DNA from: Promethearchaeota archaeon | GTDB taxonomy: Archaea; Asgardarchaeota; Lokiarchaeia; Sigyniarchaeales; SOKP01 | DNA length: 64,000 nucleotides | Direction: 5' to 3' | Assembly (NCBI GenBank): GCA_048938895.1 | Contig: JBHLLU010000010.1 | Span: 34,001 to 98,000, forward strand | In this document: piece after piece, positions 20,563 through 30,678 of the stretch | Numbering within the stretch: position 1 is the first letter of the stretch | How the letters are laid out: the number at the start of each line of letters is the position of its first letter | The notes under the pieces: generated by a model | Told to the model about the DNA's origin: nothing | Seen by the model: the letters and a program-made list of their open reading frames with translations, nothing else | The model's database searches: none | Made by a program: the position numbers and the translations under genes

Positions 20563-21999
20563 TTAACCGTTTCCCTCATGGAATTCTATATTATAACCGA
20601 GATATTTTGAAACTGCCTCATAGACTATATCTCCAACATGAGTTAGGGTAGCAGCAACGTGATGAGCAAAACCACCTAAACATAGTGCCTTTAATAAATT
20701 TTGCAAATTAGGAATTTCAACCACGCCAAAACCTCCAAATGTGTTTAGTGGATCTTCAGTATATCTACCTTCTGCTAATATTGCTTTGATTTTTCCGAAC
20801 AAATCGTCAGTTTCAATTCGGAGTAATGTACAGGGTTTAGTTTTAATTCTACCTTGGATAGCCCCAAAACTTACATCACCTCCTTTTAAATCTGAAATTA
20901 TAGGATGAATTGTCATTTTAGTATCTTGAAAAAAAGATTTTGGAAGGTTACTGCAATGAAACAGTATCATTTTATTTGGATCATCTCCATAATTATTATT
21001 CCAATCGAGGATTGCAGAAGGTGTATCTGTAGCTGTTTGTAAAATCAACATACCTATTAAACCAGGAATGTCCACCTCGCAAGCAGCAGGAACCAACCCC
21101 TCACTAAACATGCTCATCACGGCGCAAGGCACAATACCAAAATTATCTTGAATTGATGGCCAACATTGGAATGCAAAACCATCAAGTTCATTTTCTTCAA
21201 CCCAATCCTCAATTACAATTGCCAATTTTGCTAATTTAAGAATTGCATCTTCTGGAAAAGATGTAGTTGAAGTGTAATTTCTAATAAATTCAATTTTATT
21301 TCTAATTCTTGGTTCATCGTCTCGTATTTGTTGAATTAAACCAAAAATTTCAGATAAATCAATTGGTTCAATACTTATACCGTTAAATTCTAAAATTTTT
21401 TCACTGTACCTAACTGTTTCAAAAGCGTTTGGTCGAGTTCCAATTTGACCTAACCTTGCATTTTGCAGTTTTTTAACAATTCTACAGATTTTTTCGAACT
21501 TTATGAGATCTTCTTTAAATATATCTGATTTTATAGGGCAAGTATGATGTTTTGTAAGAGTAAAGGGGATACCATATTGATATAATACACTTGTTACAGA
21601 TATCTTTCCACAGAAAGCATCTCTTCGATGACGTCTATCCATTTTCTCAAGTTCATCCGAAGATGCATGAATCAAAACAGGGACATTAAGATTGGCTATC
21701 TTCAGGGTATTTGCTACACCTTTTTCATCACCAAAATTAGGAAGTATTACTATAATTCCACTTATTTTTTCCTTATTTACCTTAAATAATAAAGCTGATT
21801 TTTTAGCATCTTCATAAGTCTCTACACATCCAAATTTAGAATCCTCCTCACTTAAAATAATGTAAGCATAATCTAGCTCGTTCATAATATCTATAATTTC
21901 GAGCCTTCCTTCTTTTGCTAGATGATCCGGGAATACATCACGATTTCCTACAATGATTCCAAAAGTAGTCTTGGGGGATGTTTTTAATGTTAATCCCAT
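20563..21999 (-). CDS. L-fucose/L-arabinose isomerase family protein
   Basis: NFGDE, RRDAFCGKIS, QCWP, ACEVD, FHCSN, GFAHH. Confidence 0.85.
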   Translation of the reverse strand: MGLTLKTSPKTTFGIIVGNRDVFPDHLAKEGRLEIIDIMNELDYAYIILSEEDSKFGCVETYEDAKKSALLFKVNKEKISGIIVILPNFGDEKGVANTLKIANLNVPVLIHASSDELEKMDRRHRRDAFCGKISVTSVLYQYGIPFTLTKHHTCPIKSDIFKEDLIKFEKICRIVKKLQNARLGQIGTRPNAFETVRYSEKILEFNGISIEPIDLSEIFGLIQQIRDDEPRIRNKIEFIRNYTSTTSFPEDAILKLAKLAIVIEDWVEENELDGFAFQCWPSIQDNFGIVPCAVMSMFSEGLVPAACEVDIPGLIGMLILQTATDTPSAILDWNNNYGDDPNKMILFHCSNLPKSFFQDTKMTIHPIISDLKGGDVSFGAIQGRIKTKPCTLLRIETDDLFGKIKAILAEGRYTEDPLNTFGGFGVVEIPNLQNLLKALCLGGFAHHVAATLTHVGDIVYEAVSKYLGYNIEFHEGNG

Positions 22000-22088
22000 C
22001 GTTTAAATCTCGCATGTAATTTTAAAAAATTTAATTAAGTAATTTAATTAAAGAATTTAAAACTAAAATAAAATTTGCTAAGAATTCA

Positions 22089-23351
22089 ATGAATATTTTC
22101 CTTAGAATTAAAAATTTAATTAAACGTTTTTGGGAGCATAAGATATTTCGATTTGCTATACTTCTTCAATTATTTTACTTTTTTCTATCGATTATTTTAT
22201 TTCTACTAGTTTATAGAGAAAAAAATGATTTTGTTATTTTTTACAATGTTGGTGATATATTTCTTAATGATGTTGAGAATCTATACAATCAAGCTTATTA
22301 TTTATGGGATTTTAGATATTTTCCTTTATCTGCACTGTTTTTTCTCCCTTTTTCAATACTCCCTTTTGAATTAGCGTTTGTATGTTTTAATATATTTAAT
22401 TTTTTGCTGAATATTTTAATTTCTGTAATCCTCTATAAAATCATTAAGCTTGTTAGGTTCAAAAACCATGAAAAAGATGATAAAAGAGTGATATTATACA
22501 TATCAATATATTTAATGGGTTTACCTCATATATTGAATTATATATATGGACAAATTAATTTATTTATAACATTATTTATTTTAATTTCTCTTTATATTTT
22601 CCTTGAATATGAATCTCTTAAGTGGCAATTAATAGGAAGTATAATTTTAGGAATAAGTATTATAGTCAAGCCGACTAGCTTTTTTCTAATTCCTTTTTTG
22701 ATAATTTTAACCATTGACTGGAGAAATAAGAAGATAAAGATTAATTTTATTACAAGCATGGTAAGATTAATAGGAGTTATTATCCCTGTATCACTTAATG
22801 CTATAATCTTTCTTATTTATCCTAGTCTTTTAAAAGGTTTTTTGGATACGAATTTCACAGGGACTAACCCTGTTGCGATGAACTTTTCTTTTAGTATTAC
22901 TAAACTTATCACTAATTTCTGCTACTTTAATAACTTCCCTTTTAGTCAAATCTTAGTGCTGATTAGCGTAATTTGTATTGTTGGGGGTTTGGGTTATATT
23001 GTATTTGTTTTTAGAAGATTTAAAAAAAATTCAATTATTTATGGGTATGCATTTGGCATTATTATTATGCTACTTACGTATTATGATTCATGGGATCATC
23101 ATCTTCTAAATTTGACCCCAATCCTTATTATAATAATGTTTAATCTTCCCCGAAAGTCGACAGTTTCAAATTCAATTAAAACTAGTCTATTTTTCTTTAG
23201 CTTTTTTGATTTAGCTTTTATAGGAATTTGGTATCTCATATATCCATTATTCCCATATAATTTTGAAGCTACATTTTTCTTGTTGCTCGTGTTTTATGCA
23301 GTTTCAAAGTATTGTTTGAAAAATAAAAAAAACTCCTCAGAGATGGTCTAA
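22089..23351 (+). CDS. GT87/DUF2029-like GT-C membrane glycosyltransferase (paralog 1)
   Basis: NDFVIFY after TM1, FRYFP, GQIN, IVKP, SWDHH. Confidence 0.8.
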   Translation: MNIFLRIKNLIKRFWEHKIFRFAILLQLFYFFLSIILFLLVYREKNDFVIFYNVGDIFLNDVENLYNQAYYLWDFRYFPLSALFFLPFSILPFELAFVCFNIFNFLLNILISVILYKIIKLVRFKNHEKDDKRVILYISIYLMGLPHILNYIYGQINLFITLFILISLYIFLEYESLKWQLIGSIILGISIIVKPTSFFLIPFLIILTIDWRNKKIKINFITSMVRLIGVIIPVSLNAIIFLIYPSLLKGFLDTNFTGTNPVAMNFSFSITKLITNFCYFNNFPFSQILVLISVICIVGGLGYIVFVFRRFKKNSIIYGYAFGIIIMLLTYYDSWDHHLLNLTPILIIIMFNLPRKSTVSNSIKTSLFFFSFFDLAFIGIWYLIYPLFPYNFEATFFLLLVFYAVSKYCLKNKKNSSEMV

Positions 23352-23353
23352 AA

Positions 23354-24118
23354 ATGAAACATCGATTATTTTTATTTGGTTTTTTAGTTTTTTTCCTCCT
23401 CAGCAGCAATATGGTTGCACAAGTAAATGCAATTAAATACAAAGCTGGTATTAAAGAAAGTGACAAATTAATATGGAAATGTAAAGTGTGTAATCAAGCT
23501 GAGATGAACCTCATTTTTGGTGTTGAATGGAACACGAAGGGATTTTTTCAAAATCTTAGTAAGGGATCTAATATGAAATGGGAAATAAATAATATTGAAG
23601 TAAATGAAACATCGATAAGAATGAATTTTAGTATATGGTTTTGGACTGAAAATAGAAATTGGGGTGTAAAGGTTAATGATTCTCAAATTATTTATTATAA
23701 AGATCCAACATCTTATTCTGAAGATATAAACTTTACGAACCATGGTTTTTTCGTCCCATTCTGGTTTCCTATACCCGTAGGAGATTTTATGGGAAGTTTG
23801 AATTTTAATGCATGGTATGATGTGGATAACAGAGTCTTACCCACACTTAATGTGGATATTCCTAAAGATGCCATCTCACCTGGTTTCCCTAATAAAGGCG
23901 TAAAGATTATTGCTATTTATAATGATCAAGGGATTTTAAGTTCATACAAGCTTTATATAAAAGGAAATGTCGTTATTATCGATATTTCTCTTGATTTTTT
24001 ACCATTTTATGTGTTACCTGTCATAATTGGATTATTCTCAATTATATCTATTATGGTTGTAGGTTATATTATTAGAAAATTAAAATTTACACAAACAACA
24101 ACTCTCAAAAGAAAATGA
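23354..24118 (+). CDS. exported protein with signal peptide and C-terminal TM anchor
   Basis: N-terminal hydrophobic leader ending VNA; beta-rich Trp/Asn-rich body; C-terminal TM then basic tail. Confidence 0.75.
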   Translation: MKHRLFLFGFLVFFLLSSNMVAQVNAIKYKAGIKESDKLIWKCKVCNQAEMNLIFGVEWNTKGFFQNLSKGSNMKWEINNIEVNETSIRMNFSIWFWTENRNWGVKVNDSQIIYYKDPTSYSEDINFTNHGFFVPFWFPIPVGDFMGSLNFNAWYDVDNRVLPTLNVDIPKDAISPGFPNKGVKIIAIYNDQGILSSYKLYIKGNVVIIDISLDFLPFYVLPVIIGLFSIISIMVVGYIIRKLKFTQTTTLKRK

Positions 24119-25383
24119 AGATAGTAGATATCTTAATTTCATTAAAAAGTCGGTTTAAAGAGCTCTGGGATTATAAAATATTTAAAACTGCAGTCTTTGT
24201 TCATGGAGGATATTTCATATTCTCTATAATTTTAACGCTTATATTCTTTCCAAAACAGAATGATTTCCTCGTGTATTATAATGTAGGTGGAGTTGCTTTA
24301 AAAAATTTAAATAATCTTTATACTACTTCATACAATTGGCCTTTTAGGTATTTACCAATGGCAGCATTATTTTTTATTCCGTTCAATCTAATGGGATTTT
24401 ATTTAGGATTTATTGTATTCAATTCACTCAATTTAATTATTAATATCTTAATTTCTGTGGTTCTGTACAAAATAATAATACTTATAAGAGCAAGTGATCA
24501 TGAAAAAGAGGAAACGAGAGTTATACTCTATATATGTATATATTTAATGAGTCTGCCTAACCTTTTTAATTACATTTTGGGCCAAATCAATTTGTATGTA
24601 ACATTATTAATTTTAATATCACTATTTATATTTTTGAAACATGAAGAACTGAAATGGGACTTAATAGCATGTTTTTTACTTGGAATTAGTATAATAGTAA
24701 AGCCAATCACAATTTTTATGATTCCATTTATTTTTATAATTCACTTTGATTTAACTACGAAAAAGCTTAAATTTAATTTCCAAAGAAGTTTGATAAGATT
24801 AATTGGAATTTTACTTCCTATTTCCGTAAATTTGATATTATTTTTTATGTTACCCGATTTATTAGATGGATTTATTACTGCAAACTTTACAAGCGCAGAA
24901 CCTTCTCAAATTAATCATTCTTTTAGTATAACTAAACTTGTCTTAAATTCTTTATATTTTATGGGACTCACGGAACAACAAGTGCTAACTCTACAAATGC
25001 CCATTTTTTTTATTATTACTTTTATATTTAGTATAATAGGATTCATTTCATATGTTATAAGAAGAACTACAAATTATTCATTAATTTATGGTTATTGCTT
25101 TGGAATATTAATAATGTTTCTTTGCTATTTTGATACCTGGGATCATCATTTATTAAATTTAATCCCTCTTTTAATCATTATCTTATTTAATTTCCCAAGA
25201 AAATCCAGTTATACCAAAAAATTTATCAAACCTGGTTTGTTTTTCTTTTGTTTTTTTGATCTTGCTTTCATGGGATTATTTTTTCTAACCAAAGAATTTT
25301 TTCCTTTTAATTTTGCCAGTACTATTTTTCTTTTACTTATCTTTTATTTATTGGTCAGATACTGTACCACGAAAAAAATATAG
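24115..25383 (+). CDS. GT87/DUF2029-like GT-C membrane glycosyltransferase (paralog 2)
   Basis: NDFLVYY, FRYLP, GQIN, IVKP, TWDHH; collinear with paralog 1. Confidence 0.8.
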   Translation: MKIVDILISLKSRFKELWDYKIFKTAVFVHGGYFIFSIILTLIFFPKQNDFLVYYNVGGVALKNLNNLYTTSYNWPFRYLPMAALFFIPFNLMGFYLGFIVFNSLNLIINILISVVLYKIIILIRASDHEKEETRVILYICIYLMSLPNLFNYILGQINLYVTLLILISLFIFLKHEELKWDLIACFLLGISIIVKPITIFMIPFIFIIHFDLTTKKLKFNFQRSLIRLIGILLPISVNLILFFMLPDLLDGFITANFTSAEPSQINHSFSITKLVLNSLYFMGLTEQQVLTLQMPIFFIITFIFSIIGFISYVIRRTTNYSLIYGYCFGILIMFLCYFDTWDHHLLNLIPLLIIILFNFPRKSSYTKKFIKPGLFFFCFFDLAFMGLFFLTKEFFPFNFASTIFLLLIFYLLVRYCTTKKI

Positions 25384-25397
25384 GTCTAATAAGAATT

Positions 25398-26147
25398 ATG
25401 GAGATAATACCAGCTATAGATATCAGCAATGGAAAGTGTGTAAGGTTGTATAAAGGACGGAAAGGATCTGAAAAAGTATACTTTGAGGATCCACTTGAAG
25501 CTCTTAATTTTTGGATTAGTAATGGTGCAAACCGTATCCATATTATAGATTTAGATGGTGCTTGGGGCTCTGACGTTAACAAACAATTGGTCAAAAACAT
25601 TATTGAAAACACTAAAAATAAATTGAAGATTCAGATTGGAGGTGGTGTAAGAACTATTGAATCTGTGTTAAGTTTAATCGATATGGGGGTTGATCGTATT
25701 ATATTAGGTACATTTGCCATTCAAAATCCAAAAATTGTGAGTAAATTAATTGAAAAAATTGGTTCTGACAAGTTAATAATTGCAATAGATTATCTAAATG
25801 AAAAAATTGCTATTCATGGATGGACAAAACTCACAAATAGAGACCCTTTCATATTTGGGAGAAAATTAGAAAAAATTGGTGTAAAACTTATACTATTTTC
25901 GTCAATTAATGCAGATGGAACCTTACAGGGCCCTGATTTTCAAAATATTCAAAAATTAGTAAAAACTTTAAATAAAGTTTCGGTATTTGTAGCTGGAGGC
26001 GTTCGAGATGTTGATGATCTTGATAAACTGAATAAAATCGGTGTTAAAGGAGTAATTATTGGAAAAGCATTTTATGAACAGAAAATTCCATTTTCAATAA
26101 TCAAAAATTCTAAATATGATGATGAAAATATAATTAAAGGAGACTAA
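25398..26147 (+). CDS. hisA: ProFAR isomerase (histidine biosynthesis)
   Basis: IIPAIDISNGKCVRLYKG, HIIDLDGA, QIGGGVR, DGTLQGPD, AGGV, GKAFY. Confidence 0.93.
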   Translation: MEIIPAIDISNGKCVRLYKGRKGSEKVYFEDPLEALNFWISNGANRIHIIDLDGAWGSDVNKQLVKNIIENTKNKLKIQIGGGVRTIESVLSLIDMGVDRIILGTFAIQNPKIVSKLIEKIGSDKLIIAIDYLNEKIAIHGWTKLTNRDPFIFGRKLEKIGVKLILFSSINADGTLQGPDFQNIQKLVKTLNKVSVFVAGGVRDVDDLDKLNKIGVKGVIIGKAFYEQKIPFSIIKNSKYDDENIIKGD

Positions 26148-26199
26148 GAATTAGTATAAAAATATAATAGAATTCCAAAATTAATTTTATTACTAGAAG

Positions 26200-26928
26200 A
26201 TGTTTCAAGAATTTTATCTACCACCATTATTAGTTGTTTTCGCTCCTGCGTTCACTTTAGGTATTCTTCATACAGCACTTCCGTGTGAAGATAAAGCAAT
26301 CTTCTTTTTTTGGTCCTTTGGGATTTCTAAAACACCTCTACGTAGTGTTTTAATATTAGTTCTATATGGTCTAGGTTTAATGTCATCAAATTTACTATTA
26401 GCGTGTATAACAATTGTTATTAGTTTCCTTCCTCAGATATTTATTCCAGGTATTATTCCTAATGACTATACGATTAACTTTTTTGGAGCAGTTGTCTCTA
26501 TGTTTGCAAGTATAATTTTATTATTTTTTATTACAAGAAGAAAATATATACCCCATTCTAAATATAAGGATGAATTGAGTGAATTAAATTGGGAAAAAAA
26601 GAAAACACCATATCTTTTTGGTATCCTAGCAGGGTTTGCTCCTTGTATTTTTGAATTACTTATCTATTCTCAATGCTTACAATATTCACTTAGTGGGATT
26701 TTTATAGATGGCATTTTTACTGTATTCTATTTTTCTTTAGGTACTTTTGTAGGACTTTTTCCATTAGCTTTGGCAAAGCATGGAACTTCACAAATATTAA
26801 AAACTAAAGAACCAAAAACCAATCGAGTTTTACTTATAATGATATTGATAATTATAATATTCAACACTATTGTAATGATTTTGTCATTTTTGCGCATCCC
26901 GGTTTTCCCAAAAGTAAAGTTTGATTAA
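26200..26928 (+). CDS. DsbD_2/NiCoT-like 6-TM membrane protein
   Basis: GILHTALPCED and GILAGFAPC motifs, FSLGT; 6 TM. Confidence 0.55.
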   Translation: MFQEFYLPPLLVVFAPAFTLGILHTALPCEDKAIFFFWSFGISKTPLRSVLILVLYGLGLMSSNLLLACITIVISFLPQIFIPGIIPNDYTINFFGAVVSMFASIILLFFITRRKYIPHSKYKDELSELNWEKKKTPYLFGILAGFAPCIFELLIYSQCLQYSLSGIFIDGIFTVFYFSLGTFVGLFPLALAKHGTSQILKTKEPKTNRVLLIMILIIIIFNTIVMILSFLRIPVFPKVKFD

Positions 26929-27087
26929 ATCTGGTAAGAACTTATTTGATATTAATGAAAAATTTAATTATCTTTAGATTATTCATATTATTTGAGATTG
27001 CCAAAATTTGGTCTATTAAAATATTTTAAGCTGTAATTTTTTTATAATAATATAGATTTCAAAAAACCTATAATAATAATAATAATA

Positions 27088-29457
27088 ATGAAATGCCTAT
27101 TCTGTGAGAGTCAAAATATCGATTATACTTGCGAAAAATGTAAATCGAGTTTCTGTATTAATCATATTGCCACAACAGAAATTCATGAGTGTAAAAAACA
27201 TAGTCTTATCTATTCAAAAGCGAAAGCGCTTGAAAGGAATTTTAAATGTACTGTAGTTGAAGAAAGTGAATGTCCTTCATGCAAATCTCTCCTAAGATTA
27301 GAAAGATTATCTTCAGGTCAATATTATTTGGAATGCACTAATCCTCAATGTCCGGACTCTTGGAATTCTTATTTAAAAACTCCCGGATTATTCTTTCCAA
27401 CAAAAGAAAAATTAGCAAGAGAAGCTTTACGGTATAATCTTATAAAAGGAAATAGATTGATTCTCTGCAGTAAAAAATTGAAACATATTATTGGAAAAGA
27501 AATATGTCCTAATTGTTTTTTGGATTTATTGAGAAGAGCCCCACTCATTAATTTCTCAACAATAATGAATTCGTTCAATATTTCTGCGGATCAAATGATA
27601 AAGTTTATCAATAAATATATGGATGAGGAACGAATTTATGGAATTATAGACCAGAAGAGTCAAATGTTTTACTATATCTCACCAGATTTACGAGAAAATT
27701 TATTATCCAAGTTTAATAATGAGGGAATAATTAAAGTAGAAGATATATCTACAATGTTAGATATGAGCAGTGAAATCGCTCGTAAAGTTATTTATAAATT
27801 AATCAATCAATTCCAAATAAAAGGTTCATTTTCACAAGATAAGAGTATATATTTCACTCAAAAATATATTTTAGATAATTTAATAGAATCAATTAATAAG
27901 AAAGGCAGAGTACCTATAAAAGAGTTGGCAAAAAATTTAGATTTACCACAGGAACTTGTAAAATCTTTCTGTGTTAATTTAATGAGAGCAAAAGCAGTTA
28001 ATGGCTATTTTGCAGATCGGGGCAATGAAATAATCACTGCAAATCAAATCTTCAGAGAGATTAAAGTTTTTGCAAAAGACACAGGTTTATTCGAACTTAA
28101 TAAACTAGCCACTAATTTAAAGATTGCTGTAGAATTAGCGAGAAAAAGTTTGCATGAATTAATTAAGACTGGTAAGATTAAAGGTTTGTTTACTCAAAGA
28201 AGAGAATTTATGACAAACAAGCATATGGAGATGAAGATAAAAGAAATTGCTCGGGCATATCGAACTATGCCTTTAAGAGAACTTTCAAATCGGTTAGGAG
28301 TGACTGAATCGAGTATAGAAGAAAATTTAGCACAAATTATTGCACGAGGGGATATTGATGGTTATATCGATATGTCAAAAAGAAACTTTACAGCTTATTC
28401 AGTACCAAGAGAAAAACCTCAAGAAGTTCAAGATATTCCAACTGCTACTGATGGTGGAAAAATTGAGGTTGTTCGTGACTATGATTTTGTAGGAGGGCAA
28501 CTCCATTTTAAAGTTGCTGTACGTAATATAACTAATATGGCTATAAATTCTGTAAAGGTAATCTTAGATGTTCCCAGTTCATATAAAGTAAAAACACCAT
28601 TAATCAACATCCCGGTTATTGAAGCAAAGAATTCAAGGGGAGTAGATTTTTACTTAGAACCAAAAGAATGTGGGATCTCTTCGATTGGGGGTGATGTTAT
28701 ATACAAAACAGCTGCAGGTGTAAAAAAGACTATTCATATCAAGAAACGCGAGGTTCAAATAAAATGTCCGTTGGTGGTATCGTGTTTATCAACTATAGAG
28801 GATGTTCAAATTACAATTCAAGATCTCCCAAACGATGCTCGAGCATTTTTAATAGCTGACTTGGATCCTAGATTAGCATATAGAGCAGCTGTTCGAACTC
28901 TAAAACGTTTTGAGGTAAGTACAGTAACATCTCATGAAGGGAAAGATACAAAAGGAAAATATGAAGCAGAATCTTGGCATTGTAGTGAGGCAAAAGTCAC
29001 CGGTGGTAGAATTGTCACGAGAATTTATGTTTCTGAAACAAATCAATCTCTAGAGGTAAGGGTGTGGTGTGGGGAAGCTGGTCAACTAACAGGCTTCTTA
29101 GCTAAAATTATCGAACTTCTTTTTGAAGAGATTAATATTATTCGAAAGATTAAATCGGAAGAAAGGGAAAAAACGATTGATGTAATGGCAATTACACAAA
29201 ATTTGGCTGAAATGTCTGATTATTGTATGTTAAGATGGAAAGCTCAGAATATTAGAAATAAATTACATGATACTTTTGTCCGTGTAAGAAAAATAATTGG
29301 AGATAATGAAGCGATCCTTGGAAGAATGGAGTTTTGGTTGACACAATTAAATAAATATGGAAAAGATGATAAAATCGATGATTCTGATGCAGATAAGCTT
29401 GTAAATGATCTTGAAAACTTCAAGTCTGTTATCGCTAGGGCTATTAAGATTAATTAA
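27088..29457 (+). CDS. multidomain protein: Zn fingers, tandem winged-helix/PCI repeats, Ig-like plus platform C-terminus
   Basis: Cys clusters at aa 1-145; about five WH repeats, the last a classic PCI (YRTMPLRELSNRLGV...GDIDGYID); beta-sandwich FKVAVRNITNMAINSVKV. Confidence 0.75.
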   Translation: MKCLFCESQNIDYTCEKCKSSFCINHIATTEIHECKKHSLIYSKAKALERNFKCTVVEESECPSCKSLLRLERLSSGQYYLECTNPQCPDSWNSYLKTPGLFFPTKEKLAREALRYNLIKGNRLILCSKKLKHIIGKEICPNCFLDLLRRAPLINFSTIMNSFNISADQMIKFINKYMDEERIYGIIDQKSQMFYYISPDLRENLLSKFNNEGIIKVEDISTMLDMSSEIARKVIYKLINQFQIKGSFSQDKSIYFTQKYILDNLIESINKKGRVPIKELAKNLDLPQELVKSFCVNLMRAKAVNGYFADRGNEIITANQIFREIKVFAKDTGLFELNKLATNLKIAVELARKSLHELIKTGKIKGLFTQRREFMTNKHMEMKIKEIARAYRTMPLRELSNRLGVTESSIEENLAQIIARGDIDGYIDMSKRNFTAYSVPREKPQEVQDIPTATDGGKIEVVRDYDFVGGQLHFKVAVRNITNMAINSVKVILDVPSSYKVKTPLINIPVIEAKNSRGVDFYLEPKECGISSIGGDVIYKTAAGVKKTIHIKKREVQIKCPLVVSCLSTIEDVQITIQDLPNDARAFLIADLDPRLAYRAAVRTLKRFEVSTVTSHEGKDTKGKYEAESWHCSEAKVTGGRIVTRIYVSETNQSLEVRVWCGEAGQLTGFLAKIIELLFEEINIIRKIKSEEREKTIDVMAITQNLAEMSDYCMLRWKAQNIRNKLHDTFVRVRKIIGDNEAILGRMEFWLTQLNKYGKDDKIDDSDADKLVNDLENFKSVIARAIKIN

Positions 29458-29571
29458 ATAAACCCAAAAACACATAAAAAAAATTTATAAACCTTATATA
29501 CTATATGTTATATTAAATAATTAGTATCTTTCCCTATAATTTTCATTCAATTAATAAAAAGTGAGAACCTA

Positions 29572-29988
29572 ATGTCACCAATCATCTCGATCTCAATTAA
29601 TGAGAACCTTAAAAAGTTCATAAATAAATTAGTTTCAAGGAATCAGTACGAAAACAAATCTAAATTAATCAGAGATGCGTTATTACGATTAATGTCAACA
29701 ATAGATATTTCAAGCATGGATCTTGCCAGCGAATTAGCTCCAATTCCTAAAAGAATAGTAGGAAATCTTATCCTCATTGCTCCTAATGATTATTTAATAC
29801 AAAAGAAGCTAAATAGAATAGAAAATGAATATAAAGATCAAATTATTAGTAAAAACGTTAATTTTGTGAATCAGAACTCTATTATATTCATGATCTTCGA
29901 AGGTCAAGTGCAGGATTTTCAGAAACTCGTTGTCGAAATCAACAGCATCGAAGAGATTAAAAATTTTAGATATTTAATTGTTAATTAA
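29572..29988 (+). CDS. ribbon-helix-helix (CopG/NikR-like) regulator with ACT-like C-domain
   Basis: IISISINENLKKFINKLV...YENKSKLIRDAL. Confidence 0.75.
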   Translation: MSPIISISINENLKKFINKLVSRNQYENKSKLIRDALLRLMSTIDISSMDLASELAPIPKRIVGNLILIAPNDYLIQKKLNRIENEYKDQIISKNVNFVNQNSIIFMIFEGQVQDFQKLVVEINSIEEIKNFRYLIVN

Positions 29989-30049
29989 TTTTGTTAGATT
30001 CTAAATTTCCTCCTTTTATTTACAGTATTAGAAAATAAGTGATCATACT

Positions 30050-30406
30050 ATGGGTAAAAATAAATATGGTAAAGGATATCAAAAGAGCGTTAAATCTTCT
30101 ACAAGACAGAGAGAGGGAGGAGATCCAATCCATGGAGGTAAAATGAAGGCGAGCCATATTTTAGTTGATAAGTTTAGTAAAGCACAAGAAATTTATGAAG
30201 ATATTAATGCAGGAATAAATTTTGAGACTTTAGCACGACAGTATTCAAATTGTCCAAGTAAAAAAAAGGGAGGAAAATTAGGAGATTTTTCAAAAGGAGA
30301 AATGGTTAATGAATTCTGGAATGCTTGCAGTAAGTTGAAAGTAGGTGAAATCTCTCAACCAATAAAAACTCAATATGGTTATCATATTATTAAACGAACG
30401 GGATAA
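30050..30406 (+). CDS. parvulin-type peptidyl-prolyl isomerase
   Basis: ASHILV, FETLARQYSNCPS, GGKLG, GEMV, TQYGYHII; basic N-terminal extension. Confidence 0.92.
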   Translation: MGKNKYGKGYQKSVKSSTRQREGGDPIHGGKMKASHILVDKFSKAQEIYEDINAGINFETLARQYSNCPSKKKGGKLGDFSKGEMVNEFWNACSKLKVGEISQPIKTQYGYHIIKRTG

Positions 30407-30414
30407 GTATAGTT

Positions 30415-30519
30415 TAGCCCAGCACGGATTCGAACCGTGGTCCAGGGGTTCAGAGCCCCCGATGCTTGACCTTTTTGCTATTGAGCAGATAAAATTGCCC
30501 AATTCTACACTACTGGGCT
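30415..30519 (-). tRNA. tRNA-Gln (anticodon CTG) with a 33-nt D-loop insert
   Basis: Acceptor AGCCCAG/CTGGGCT (A1-U72), anticodon arm GGGGG-CTCTGAA-CCCCT, T arm CACGG-TTCGAAT-CCGTG; extra sequence at 30472-30504 between G15 and G18. Confidence 0.88.
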
Positions 30520-30678
30520 ATCTAAGTTGTTTTCTAATTTTAATAATTTTATTTCTCTAAAAAATATTTGCTATCTTGATGATTTACCATCAAAAGCTTG
30601 TGAAACTTAAGCGATTAGGACTTCTAAATTCTGGACTAAATAAGTTAAATTTATAAATTTTTAAATTTATTAATTTAC

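Noticed and set aside
27071-27088. (TAA)6 microsatellite before the 27088 start
   Set aside because: Short and unremarkable in a very AT-rich genome; no evidence of function.
26200-29988. NiCoT-like gene plus NikR-like regulator as a nickel module
   Set aside because: The RHH protein has no His/Cys nickel ligands, and the two genes are separated by an unrelated large ORF.
30290-30560. ORFs 30290-30502 and 30375-30560
   Set aside because: They overlap the tRNA-Gln gene and the parvulin 3' end; their openness is explained by the GC-rich tRNA.
30576-30635. Possible C/D-box sRNA starting at TGATGA
   Set aside because: No proper CTGA D or D' box at the expected spacing; the TGATG is better explained by a small TTGATG/CATCAA hairpin.
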